Virus record (IMG/VR): IMGVR_UViG_3300029400_000004
Length of the DNA: 44,711 nucleotides
Origin: a virus
Direction: 5' to 3' (one strand)
Made by a program: the position numbers and the translations under genes. The notes beneath the pieces are model-generated. The model was given only the letters and a program-made list of their open reading frames with translations, did no database searches and was not told the DNA's origin. Shown here piece by piece: positions 15,109 through 22,524 of the stretch (positions are counted from its first letter, which is position 1; each line of letters begins with the position of its first letter).

Positions 15109-15482
15109 CAAGAGAAGATATAATCACTAATTTAAGATATTGGTGTAACAATATTGATAAACCATGTGAAGAATGCAAAATACATGATATATGTGTCGTT
15201 CGTGATCACGTGCAGACATTTGATTCTATGGACGATAAAAAGTTACAAGAATATTATAAATTGATGTATGGAAGTGAAGTGAAAGTAGAGAAAATGGAAC
15301 TGGTAAAAGTTTTTAAAAAAGCAACAAAAATATATTATCCAGATGTAATGAAAGATGTGTTACCACTTAAAGAGTTTGTGAAAAACATTACAGATAAAGG
15401 ATATAAGGTTGAATTAACAAAAGATAATGTTGTCAGTGATACCGTAGTGAATATCTATAAAGAAGTGGAGATGGAAGAATGA
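15105..15482 (+). CDS. Cys-motif protein, paralogue 3 of 3
   Basis: 125 aa. The Cys motif is now N-terminal (YWCNNIDKPCEECKIHDIC...LQEYYKLMYGSEVKVEK) with a new C-terminal half. Confidence 0.65.
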   Translation: MTREDIITNLRYWCNNIDKPCEECKIHDICVVRDHVQTFDSMDDKKLQEYYKLMYGSEVKVEKMELVKVFKKATKIYYPDVMKDVLPLKEFVKNITDKGYKVELTKDNVVSDTVVNIYKEVEMEE

Positions 15483-15787
15483 TACTAAAAATCTTACTTG
15501 TTATCATCGGCATTATCTTAGGACTGGTAGGCAGTGGTTTCTGCCAGTCCGCTAAAGCAAGAGATACGATCACAATGACGTTAGAAGATTATAAGCATAT
15601 GGGAGAAATATTACACAGTTTGCCGATAAGAGAACGGCACAAAAGCCTTAAAGGGAAAGACGTGGCGTTATACAGGTGTCCTAAATGTAAAAGCTATGTA
15701 GCAGAATGGACAGAAGTTTGTGAGTGTGGGAACCAGTTAGACTGGGGAGAAAGTGAGGACTTACATGTTAATAATGACAAAAGATAG
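15479..15787 (+). CDS. Membrane-anchored zinc-ribbon protein
   Basis: N-terminal TM helix ILKILLVIIGIILGLVGSGF, then CPKC...CECG. Confidence 0.6.
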   Translation: MILKILLVIIGIILGLVGSGFCQSAKARDTITMTLEDYKHMGEILHSLPIRERHKSLKGKDVALYRCPKCKSYVAEWTEVCECGNQLDWGESEDLHVNNDKR

Positions 15788-15968
15788 AGAGATTCTGAAT
15801 CTTGATAATGTTCTTGAAATTCGGGCAAGCGAAGAGAATGTAGAATGTGAGCTAATGAATGGATATATTTACACAATACAATCATTCAAAACACATAAAA
15901 AAGCAGAAGATGCATTAGATAAGATACTTAATCAATATGACAGAGGACAAAGGGTTATCAAGTTATAA
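15765..15968 (+). CDS. Hypothetical protein
   Basis: ORF track starts at GTG 15753. ATG 15765 or 15774 is more likely. Confidence 0.5.
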   Translation: MLIMTKDREILNLDNVLEIRASEENVECELMNGYIYTIQSFKTHKKAEDALDKILNQYDRGQRVIKL

Positions 15969-15981
15969 AGGAGCGTTATAA

Positions 15982-16188
15982 ATGAATAACAAGATAAAAG
16001 AAAATGACAGTCCATCTTTAGCACTTGTAAACAGTGTAAGAGCTTGGGAACGACCAGATATTAATAAGATTGAGCCTAAAAAGGAAATAGAAGCTGTTAT
16101 CAAGGAAATATTAGACAACACACCGAAAAAACCAAAGACAGGAGCAGGCTATTTAAGAATGAAAAGAGGTAATATAAATGAACGGTAA
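15982..16188 (+). CDS. Hypothetical protein
   Basis: 68-aa ORF with RBS AAAGGAG. Confidence 0.6.
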   Translation: MNNKIKENDSPSLALVNSVRAWERPDINKIEPKKEIEAVIKEILDNTPKKPKTGAGYLRMKRGNINER

Positions 16189-16582
16189 AGAATATCAAAC
16201 AAAAGCAATGCGAACTAATGACGGATTAGGAACAGAAAGAATAATGAATATGGCTGATAATTTGGAACAGGGAGTAGAGGACAGCATACCAGACACTGGG
16301 ATTGACTTGGGCGGAATTATTAACGGCTTATTCGGATTATCTGGAGAAGTTGGAGAACTTACTGATATGGTTAAGAAATGGATATTCCATGAAAGTAATT
16401 TTGACGAGGAACACGCAAAAAAAGAACTTGGGGATGTAATGTGGTATGTTGCTATGATTTGTGAATCATTTAATTGGTCGTTGGATGAAATTATGCAAAT
16501 GAACATTGAAAAATTAGAGAAACGTTATCCAGATGGATTTGACGTTATCAAAGCAAATAACAGAAGTCCAGAAGATGTATAA
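16178..16582 (+). CDS. MazG-like nucleoside triphosphate pyrophosphohydrolase
   Basis: 134 aa. YQ..A.RT..., GLSGEVGELTDMVKK, ELGDVMWYVAMI, NIEKLEKRYP are the all-alpha NTP-PPase signature. Confidence 0.8.
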   Translation: MNGKEYQTKAMRTNDGLGTERIMNMADNLEQGVEDSIPDTGIDLGGIINGLFGLSGEVGELTDMVKKWIFHESNFDEEHAKKELGDVMWYVAMICESFNWSLDEIMQMNIEKLEKRYPDGFDVIKANNRSPEDV

Positions 16583-16597
16583 AGTGGGGGCGTTATT

Positions 16598-16813
16598 ATG
16601 AGAGGGAAAGATAATCCGTGCTATGGGTGCACAGAAGCCACAGGAAGAACTTATAATTGCCATACCCTATGTGACGGCTATAAACAGTTTCAAGACGATT
16701 GTAAGGAAGAGAAGAACGTTATAAAAAGGAAAAATCCTTATTATAAGTCGTTATCAAAAGAAAAATTTATGAAACGGAATGCTTTAAACAGGAACAGGAG
16801 GGGAAGAAAATGA
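16598..16813 (+). CDS. Cys-rich small protein
   Basis: 71 aa. NPCYGC...NCHTLCDGY...DDC. Confidence 0.55.
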   Translation: MRGKDNPCYGCTEATGRTYNCHTLCDGYKQFQDDCKEEKNVIKRKNPYYKSLSKEKFMKRNALNRNRRGRK

Positions 16814-17037
16814 CAGGGTTATCAATAGACGTTATCAAAAATCAGATACAATTATCAAAAATGTTTGTAGGAAGTGAAGCGGTATCAACTAAGGCATTGA
16901 AAGAACTTCTTGAGTACAAAGAAACAGGATTGACACCGCAGGACATAAAAGAAATGGACAAGATGTATCTTGAAAAATGTAAAGAAGTAAATGCACTTGT
17001 AAAGACCTGTGAACGGCTAGAAAAGGAGAAAAGATGA
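16810..17037 (+). CDS. Hypothetical protein
   Basis: 75-aa ORF with an ATGA-coupled start and AGGAGGGG upstream. Confidence 0.6.
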   Translation: MTGLSIDVIKNQIQLSKMFVGSEAVSTKALKELLEYKETGLTPQDIKEMDKMYLEKCKEVNALVKTCERLEKEKR

Positions 17038-17195
17038 ATAAGCAAGACATATATACTCTATGTACATTAATTCCATCTATGGACGATTACAGCGGTCACA
17101 ATATGTATCTATGCGGTAAACGTGACGGATTTAATGAGTGTGTGCAGATGTTAAAAGATAATTTAAAGAATGTAAAAGAAGAAGCAGGGGTTTAA
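17034..17195 (+). CDS. Small hypothetical protein (53 aa), not in the ORF track
   Basis: ATGA overlap with the upstream stop. Ends inside the bidirectional terminator. Confidence 0.45.
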   Translation: MNKQDIYTLCTLIPSMDDYSGHNMYLCGKRDGFNECVQMLKDNLKNVKEEAGV

Positions 17196-17213
17196 TCCTC
17201 TGCTTCTTCTTTT
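17174..17213. terminator. Bidirectional terminator between convergent operons
   Basis: 14-bp stem AAAAGAAGAAGCAG/CTGCTTCTTCTTTT flanked by A-run and T-run. Sits where the + early operon meets the minus-strand AP2 gene. Confidence 0.7.
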
Positions 17214-17983
17214 TTTGCCTTTTTATTGAATTTTTCCCATCGTTCTGGATACACTTCTTGAAACCATTTAAGAAAATCTCCAAAGAGAGCATCTTCGGCT
17301 TCTTTTCTTACTGCGGCTGCATCTTCTATATTATGGTATCTTCCTAAATGGTATGTTTTACCTTTAAATACTATTGTAGCAGCCCATTTTCGCCGATTTT
17401 TGTCCCAACTAACACCACGAACTCCAGATGTGTTATTCCGTAACATTTTTCTAGGTTTGATTGATATAATGGATGTATTTTCTATATATCCTTGTTCACA
17501 TGTTTCCGCAGCCTTTTTGAGGTTTTCTCTGGCACTTCTTTGATGTGAGCAACCACAAGACATTTGTTTGTAAAACAGTCCGGCAGGAACTAGGTAATGC
17601 TTTCCACAAGAACATTCACACTCCCATTTATACCGATTTCCAACTCTTATTTGCTTAATTGCTTTGCAGCCATAATCGTTAATTTTACCAGTGAGGTCAA
17701 ATGGTTTATAGTAATTAGCTTCGGCAAAACATCCGCAAGATTGAGTTCGACCAGATATTAGAGCATCGTATCTTACAGTTTTTGTATTTCCACATTCACA
17801 TTTGCAAATGGCAAAAACTCTTCCTTTTTTTCTATAAGCATCTATGATAGTTAATTTTCCCCACTTTTCTCCATTAAATTCATTTGTATATCGTGGTGCG
17901 TTTTTGCATTCTTCGGAGCAATATTTTGCACTTGGTGCCCCATCAAAAGTCTTTCCACATACAACACATTCTCTAAAAGCCAT
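17192..17983 (-). CDS. AP2-domain DNA-binding protein with repeated Cys-rich modules
   Basis: Start moved to MAFRECVVCG (ATG 17983, RBS GAAAGAGGTG). Two W.C.C.CG...SCGC modules. C-terminal AP2 domain SGVRGVSWDKNRRKWAATIVFKGKTYHLGRY. No HNH motif. Confidence 0.75.
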   Translation of the reverse strand: MAFRECVVCGKTFDGAPSAKYCSEECKNAPRYTNEFNGEKWGKLTIIDAYRKKGRVFAICKCECGNTKTVRYDALISGRTQSCGCFAEANYYKPFDLTGKINDYGCKAIKQIRVGNRYKWECECSCGKHYLVPAGLFYKQMSCGCSHQRSARENLKKAAETCEQGYIENTSIISIKPRKMLRNNTSGVRGVSWDKNRRKWAATIVFKGKTYHLGRYHNIEDAAAVRKEAEDALFGDFLKWFQEVYPERWEKFNKKAKKEEAED

Positions 17984-18079
17984 AAATAAACACCTCTTTC
18001 TGTAATGAATTATACATATTATATTACTAATGTACAAGAAAATTTCAGCGAAGGACCAGAAAAGCTCTGGTCCTTAATG

Positions 18080-18226
18080 TTATCTATATGAAAAGTTGTG
18101 ATCTAAAATTTCTATGTTGTAGTTTCCAGTCGTACCACTTACCTGCTGATGTGTGATAATGTAATTGGATGTGATACCTGCGGTAATGATTGCTGTTAAG
18201 ATGATAGATAATAATATTTTTTTCAT
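18080..18226 (-). CDS. Small secreted/membrane peptide (48 aa), not in the ORF track
   Basis: RBS AAGGAG. MKKILLSIILTAIITAGITS is signal-like. Confidence 0.45.
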   Translation of the reverse strand: MKKILLSIILTAIITAGITSNYIITHQQVSGTTGNYNIEILDHNFSYR

Positions 18227-18254
18227 GTTGTTGTATCTCCTTACTCAATAAGCC

Positions 18255-18512
18255 CTATTTGTCTTCATATTTAATATATAAGTACTTCCATTTCTGCAAC
18301 CAGTTTTTAGCCCCGATATAGCTCTGATATGTCAATTCATTACTGTCTTGCATTTCTTCGTACATATCACATTCGTGTTGTACTCTAAACCAAACATCGG
18401 CAAAGTTATCAATTGTGTCATCGTTCATAACACGGTATACTTTTAATTTCTCTAATGCAGTGATTGCCTTTTTACAATCATTCGGCAACTCTCTGTCAAA
18501 TATTTTTACCAT
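18255..18512 (-). CDS. Hypothetical protein
   Basis: 85-aa ORF with an RBS present. Confidence 0.6.
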   Translation of the reverse strand: MVKIFDRELPNDCKKAITALEKLKVYRVMNDDTIDNFADVWFRVQHECDMYEEMQDSNELTYQSYIGAKNWLQKWKYLYIKYEDK

Positions 18513-18559
18513 CTTTTCTCCTTTTCTACCCTCGTAACCTCCGGGGTGGGTGGTGTATA

Positions 18560-18820
18560 TTATGCAGGTATTACAAGACTGTCACGATCAGCCTTGACAA
18601 GTCTGTTCTTATTAAGCCTATCTTTCCACTGTTCAACAAGTGATTCATGGAGCTTTAAGGCTTCTTGCTTGCTGCAGGTTGTATAAGAATCAATTTCTTC
18701 GAAATCATCCATATACATTACAACAGTTTGGTATTCGTGTAATACTTCCACATAAACTGTGGAAATAATACACTCTGTTTGATGTAACCAAAATTTGTGT
18801 CTTGCGATTGTTTTATTCAT
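18560..18820 (-). CDS. Hypothetical protein
   Basis: 86-aa ORF overlapping the upstream gene by 8 nt. Confidence 0.6.
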   Translation of the reverse strand: MNKTIARHKFWLHQTECIISTVYVEVLHEYQTVVMYMDDFEEIDSYTTCSKQEALKLHESLVEQWKDRLNKNRLVKADRDSLVIPA

Positions 18821-19025
18821 TTTCGATCCCTCCTAAAATCTTTTTACAAGCTTCTACATATCCGTCTGGAAGTGTTTCAGTGTTCATCTTCCCACCGTTT
18901 GCTCTCCATTCGAGATATTTTTTAACTTCTTCTTTTTCTTCTTTCAGTTCGAAAATGAACTCTTCATAAGAAACGAAGTCCTCATTTTCGACTAACTTTT
19001 CAATTTCTTTTCTTAATTTTTTCAT
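18813..19025 (-). CDS. Small acidic hypothetical protein
   Basis: 70 aa, rich in E/D. First gene of the leftward islet operon. Confidence 0.6.
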   Translation of the reverse strand: MKKLRKEIEKLVENEDFVSYEEFIFELKEEKEEVKKYLEWRANGGKMNTETLPDGYVEACKKILGGIENE

Positions 19026-19071
19026 CTTCTTTTCTCCTTTTCTGATTGCTTTGTTCTCTTAACTTACTTTT

Positions 19072-19100
19072 ATTATACATAAAATCTATGCATACGTCAA
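19072..19100 (-). promoter_or_regulatory. Leftward islet promoter TTGACG-17-TATAAT
   Basis: On the minus strand, -35 at 19100-19095 and -10 at 19077-19072. A TATGCATA palindrome (19087-19094) lies in the spacer. Confidence 0.55.
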
Positions 19101-19108
19101 TAGAAAAA

Positions 19109-19125
19109 TGCATAAAATTTATGCA
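19109..19125. promoter_or_regulatory. Operator 1: 7-3-7 palindrome TGCATAA-AAT-TTATGCA
   Basis: Lies between the back-to-back islet promoters. Confidence 0.6.
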
Positions 19126-19133
19126 TAAAATTC

Positions 19134-19162
19134 TTGATGTAAAATTATGAGTATGATATAAT
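19134..19162 (+). promoter_or_regulatory. Rightward islet promoter TTGATG-17-TGaTATAAT
   Basis: -35 at 19134-19139 and extended -10 at 19154-19162. Confidence 0.55.
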
Positions 19163-19183
19163 AATTAAAAAGGAGGGAAAAGA

Positions 19184-19414
19184 ATGATAAAATACAAATT
19201 AGATGTACAAGAAGAATTAAAGAAAAAAGGATACACTTCTTATATAATAAGAAAAAACAAGTATTTAAGCGAGGGAACACTTGCAAAGATAAAGCGAGGC
19301 GAACCAATAAATATGAAAAGCCTTAATGCTATTTGCTGTATGCTTAGAAAAAATGTAAATGATGTAATAGAAGTAGAAATAACAGATGATGAAAAAATAA
19401 AATATTTTATTTGA
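19184..19414 (+). CDS. Small XRE-type HTH regulator
   Basis: 76 aa. ...KKGYTSYIIRKNKYLSEGTLAKIKRGEPINMKSLNAICCML.. RBS AAAGGAGGG. Confidence 0.75.
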   Translation: MIKYKLDVQEELKKKGYTSYIIRKNKYLSEGTLAKIKRGEPINMKSLNAICCMLRKNVNDVIEVEITDDEKIKYFI

Positions 19415-19422
19415 AAAAAGTG

Positions 19423-19451
19423 TTGACTTATACATAAATATTATGTATAAT
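19423..19451 (+). promoter_or_regulatory. Promoter TTGACT-17-TATAAT whose spacer is operator 2 (TACATAA-ATA-TTATGTA; 9-3-9 perfect palindrome 19429-19449)
   Basis: -35 at 19423-19428 and -10 at 19446-19451. Operator 2 has the same 7-3-7 architecture as operator 1, with one G/A change per half-site. Confidence 0.6.
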
Positions 19452-19497
19452 AAAGACAGTTAAAGGAGATAAGCAAAAAGAAAAGGAGATATGAGTT

Positions 19498-19773
19498 ATG
19501 AAAAAATTAAACGCAGAAGAAATCAAAAAAGAATTATTAAACGAGGAAATGAGCTTCACAGATTTAGATAACTTCATGATGGAATCTGGATACTACAGTG
19601 TATTTGATGATGGAGTAACAGCAGACATCAAACAGGACGGAAATGTAGTGTATACAGCTACAGACTCTAATGAGTGCGAAGTACAGATTTTCTTCGAGAT
19701 CACAATAGATAACGGAGAAGATGAAGCAGAAGAAGCATTTTACTTAAAAGTAACAGATGTGCAGGAGCTCTAA
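19498..19773 (+). CDS. Small, strongly acidic protein (91 aa)
   Basis: RBS AAGGAG. Many D/E residues (..ITIDNGEDEAEEAFYLKVTDVQEL). Confidence 0.65.
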   Translation: MKKLNAEEIKKELLNEEMSFTDLDNFMMESGYYSVFDDGVTADIKQDGNVVYTATDSNECEVQIFFEITIDNGEDEAEEAFYLKVTDVQEL

Positions 19774-19774
19774 G

Positions 19775-20266
19775 ATGAGAATAAAATGGTTAAAAATGCA
19801 GGGTAAGACGGTATATGGGTTCAAAATATTAGAAGTCCGCAGAGAAAATAACATTACAATGGTCAAAGTTGTTTGTCCTATCTGTGGTAAAATATATACA
19901 ATAAGGGCAGATTATCTCAAATATAGAAAGAGCTGCGGTTGCTTAACAAAACCGTATGAAATAGAGAAAGGTAAAAAAATAGCAGAAGAAGCAAAAAAAC
20001 AGTGTATAGATGGTACTAGCATCAGAAGCCTAACAACGAAAATATCAAAAGCGAATAAATCTGGTATAAAAGGTGTACATTGGGACAAAAAAAGAAACAA
20101 ATGGGCGGCACAAATAACATTTAAAGGAAAAAATCATTACTTAGGAAGATACGATAATAAAGAAGATGCAAGAGAAGCAAGAGAGAAAGCCGAAAAAGAA
20201 ATGTTCGGAAAATTTCTGGAAGAGCATAAAGAGTATGTAAAGGATAAAAAGGATAAGAAAAACTGA
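19775..20266 (+). CDS. AP2-domain DNA-binding protein (short paralogue of 17192..17983)
   Basis: Start moved to ATG 19775 (GCAGGAG upstream). One CPICG...SCGC module plus AP2 domain SGIKGVHWDKKRNKWAAQITFKGKNHYLGRY. Confidence 0.75.
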   Translation: MRIKWLKMQGKTVYGFKILEVRRENNITMVKVVCPICGKIYTIRADYLKYRKSCGCLTKPYEIEKGKKIAEEAKKQCIDGTSIRSLTTKISKANKSGIKGVHWDKKRNKWAAQITFKGKNHYLGRYDNKEDAREAREKAEKEMFGKFLEEHKEYVKDKKDKKN

Positions 20267-20385
20267 AAGCTAATAAAAAATATGGAAAGATGGTAAAAGA
20301 ATTAAATAAAAAGAGTGTAAACAAAGTCACTTCCCACTATGGTATAATTATCTTAGATAATAACCATAGTCGGGAGGTGTCTTTT

Positions 20386-20535
20386 TTGATTGTAAATAAA
20401 TTAAAGAATTGCTGTAACGATTGCGTACACTGCGAGATCGTTACAGAAACAAAGAGAAGAGCAATCCCAGAGAACAAACACTATCCGACAGAGGGATTAT
20501 GTACTGCATTAAGGATAACGACAAGAGACGAATAA
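20386..20535 (+). CDS. Small Cys-rich protein (TTG start); the frame choice is uncertain because it overlaps ORF 20421..20606
   Basis: GGGAGGTG lies 7 nt before TTG 20386. NCCNDCVHCE..GLC. The overlapping frame also encodes Cys motifs (MYC...VCDDY). Confidence 0.35.
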   Translation: MIVNKLKNCCNDCVHCEIVTETKRRAIPENKHYPTEGLCTALRITTRDE

Positions 20536-20627
20536 GAGACAGATGGCTGACGGTATGTGATGATTACAAGACAGCAAGACCGACAACAAAGGCATATGAG
20601 AGATAATAACAGAGAGGATGTGAAAAG

Positions 20628-20903
20628 ATGAATCTAAATAGAATTATGAGAAAACTACAAAAAGCAATAGTATCAAATGGATTTGTAATAAGTTTGGATA
20701 CAACACAATTCTATTCAGAGGACCAGAAGAGAATGATAACAATGTACATCCTGTCTATAAAAGCATATGAGAATACAAGAAAAGGTTGGAAAGACACACG
20801 GTATGAGATACTAAGAACTGCATCACAAGTGGATGTAATTAAATGCTTGTCTGATATATGGGCAAGTATACGAGAAAGGAATGAGCAAATAAATGCGAGA
20901 TGA
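20628..20903 (+). CDS. Hypothetical protein preceding the terminase
   Basis: 91-aa ORF with RBS GAGAGGATG. Confidence 0.6.
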   Translation: MNLNRIMRKLQKAIVSNGFVISLDTTQFYSEDQKRMITMYILSIKAYENTRKGWKDTRYEILRTASQVDVIKCLSDIWASIRERNEQINAR

Positions 20904-22524
20904 ACTTACACAGAAGCAAAGAACATTTGCTCATGCATGGATAGAAAACGGTGGGAATGATTATCAAGCGGCAATAGATGCGGGATATTCGCAAGCAACA
21001 GCAAAGAACGCAAGAAAGAACATCTTGGAAAAACGTGGAGTAAAGGAATATATTGCTAAACTACAAGCCGACTTAGACAAAGAAAAAGGGTTTGATATTA
21101 TGAGTCTTGCAGACATACAGCGGAGACGGTCGATGATCGCCACTGGTGCGTTGCAAGATTCTTTTGGATTTACCCCAGACTTTCCAGACCAACTAAAAGC
21201 CATGAACGACTTAGAAAAGGCTTTGACAGTGCAGGCAAAGGAAGAGGAAGAGAAGAAAGCGAGAGAAGAAGCATTAAAGAATAAGACATATCACATGGAC
21301 CTTGATATAATCCCCGATGTGTTTCACCCGATGATTCGAGATGTACGAAACCATAGGCATACAGAATATGTATTGCCGGGGGGACGTGGTTCTGGTAAAT
21401 CCTCAACAATCCCCAACATCATTACAGAGTTAATGAGAAACAACCATGACATCCATTGCCTTGTTGTGAGAAAAGTATATAACACTGTAAAGGATTCTGT
21501 ATTTGCTAAAACTAAATGGGCAATAACAAAACAGGAGTTCTCGGAAAAAGATTATAAATATACAAGCTCTCCGTATGAAATCACAATGAGAGACACAGGA
21601 CAGAAGATATTCTTTCGTGGTGCTGACGATAAAGAAAAAATAAAGTCGATAGCACCAGATTTTGGATACATAGCGATTGTGTGGTTTGAGGAATTAGACC
21701 AGTTCGCAGGACCAGAAGAGATACGAAATATAGAGCAGTCCGCTATTCGTGGTGGAGATTTAGCATGGATATTTAAGAGCTTTAACCCACCGAAGAGTGC
21801 TAACAACTGGGCAAATCAGTATTTGCAAGAGCCAAAAGAAAACAGGCTCATTACAAGAAGTACATATCTGGACGTGCCGAAAGAGTGGCTAGGACAGCCG
21901 TTTATTGACGAAGCGGAACACCTAAAAGAAATTAGACCAGAGGCATACGAGCATGAATACATGGGCATTGCTAACGGTAACGGTGGGGCAGTGTTCGAGT
22001 ATGTAGAAGTAAGAGAAATTACAGACGAAGAAATAGCACAGATGGACCGCATATACCAAGGCGTCGACTGGGGTTGGTATCCAGATAAATACGCATTTAC
22101 GAGGACATACTACGATGTGGCACGAGAAACGATCTATTTTATAGATGAGCATTGTGTAAATAAGCGGTCAAACGAGCAGACAGCCGACTGGATAAAGAAA
22201 AAAGGCTATAACGATTATGCGATCATTTGTGATAGTGCAGAGCCTAAATCTGTAGAGGACTATAGAAACTTAGGTCTTGTGGCACAGGCAGCAGTTAAAG
22301 GACCAGGGTCGGTCGAATATGGAATGAAGTGGCTACAACGTAGGAAGATTGTGATTGACCCACGGAGAACACCATACGCATACAAAGAAATTACAACGTA
22401 TGAGTATGACAGAGACAAAGACGGTAACATAATAAGCGGATACCCCGACAGAGACAATCATGCTATTGATTCGTTGAGATACGCATACAACAGAGTGATT
22501 ATGAGGAGAGGGGAGAACGCATAA
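20893..22524 (+). CDS. Terminase: TerS-like HTH N-domain fused in frame to a PBSX-family large subunit
   Basis: Residues 1-60 (LTQKQRTFAHAWIENGGNDYQAAIDAGYSQATAKNARKNILEKRGVKEYI) follow the Terminase_2 small-subunit pattern. Walker A VLPGGRGSGKSS sits at about aa 160, followed by the nuclease half. 543 aa against about 430 for PBSX-type TerL. Confidence 0.85.
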   Translation: MRDELTQKQRTFAHAWIENGGNDYQAAIDAGYSQATAKNARKNILEKRGVKEYIAKLQADLDKEKGFDIMSLADIQRRRSMIATGALQDSFGFTPDFPDQLKAMNDLEKALTVQAKEEEEKKAREEALKNKTYHMDLDIIPDVFHPMIRDVRNHRHTEYVLPGGRGSGKSSTIPNIITELMRNNHDIHCLVVRKVYNTVKDSVFAKTKWAITKQEFSEKDYKYTSSPYEITMRDTGQKIFFRGADDKEKIKSIAPDFGYIAIVWFEELDQFAGPEEIRNIEQSAIRGGDLAWIFKSFNPPKSANNWANQYLQEPKENRLITRSTYLDVPKEWLGQPFIDEAEHLKEIRPEAYEHEYMGIANGNGGAVFEYVEVREITDEEIAQMDRIYQGVDWGWYPDKYAFTRTYYDVARETIYFIDEHCVNKRSNEQTADWIKKKGYNDYAIICDSAEPKSVEDYRNLGLVAQAAVKGPGSVEYGMKWLQRRKIVIDPRRTPYAYKEITTYEYDRDKDGNIISGYPDRDNHAIDSLRYAYNRVIMRRGENA

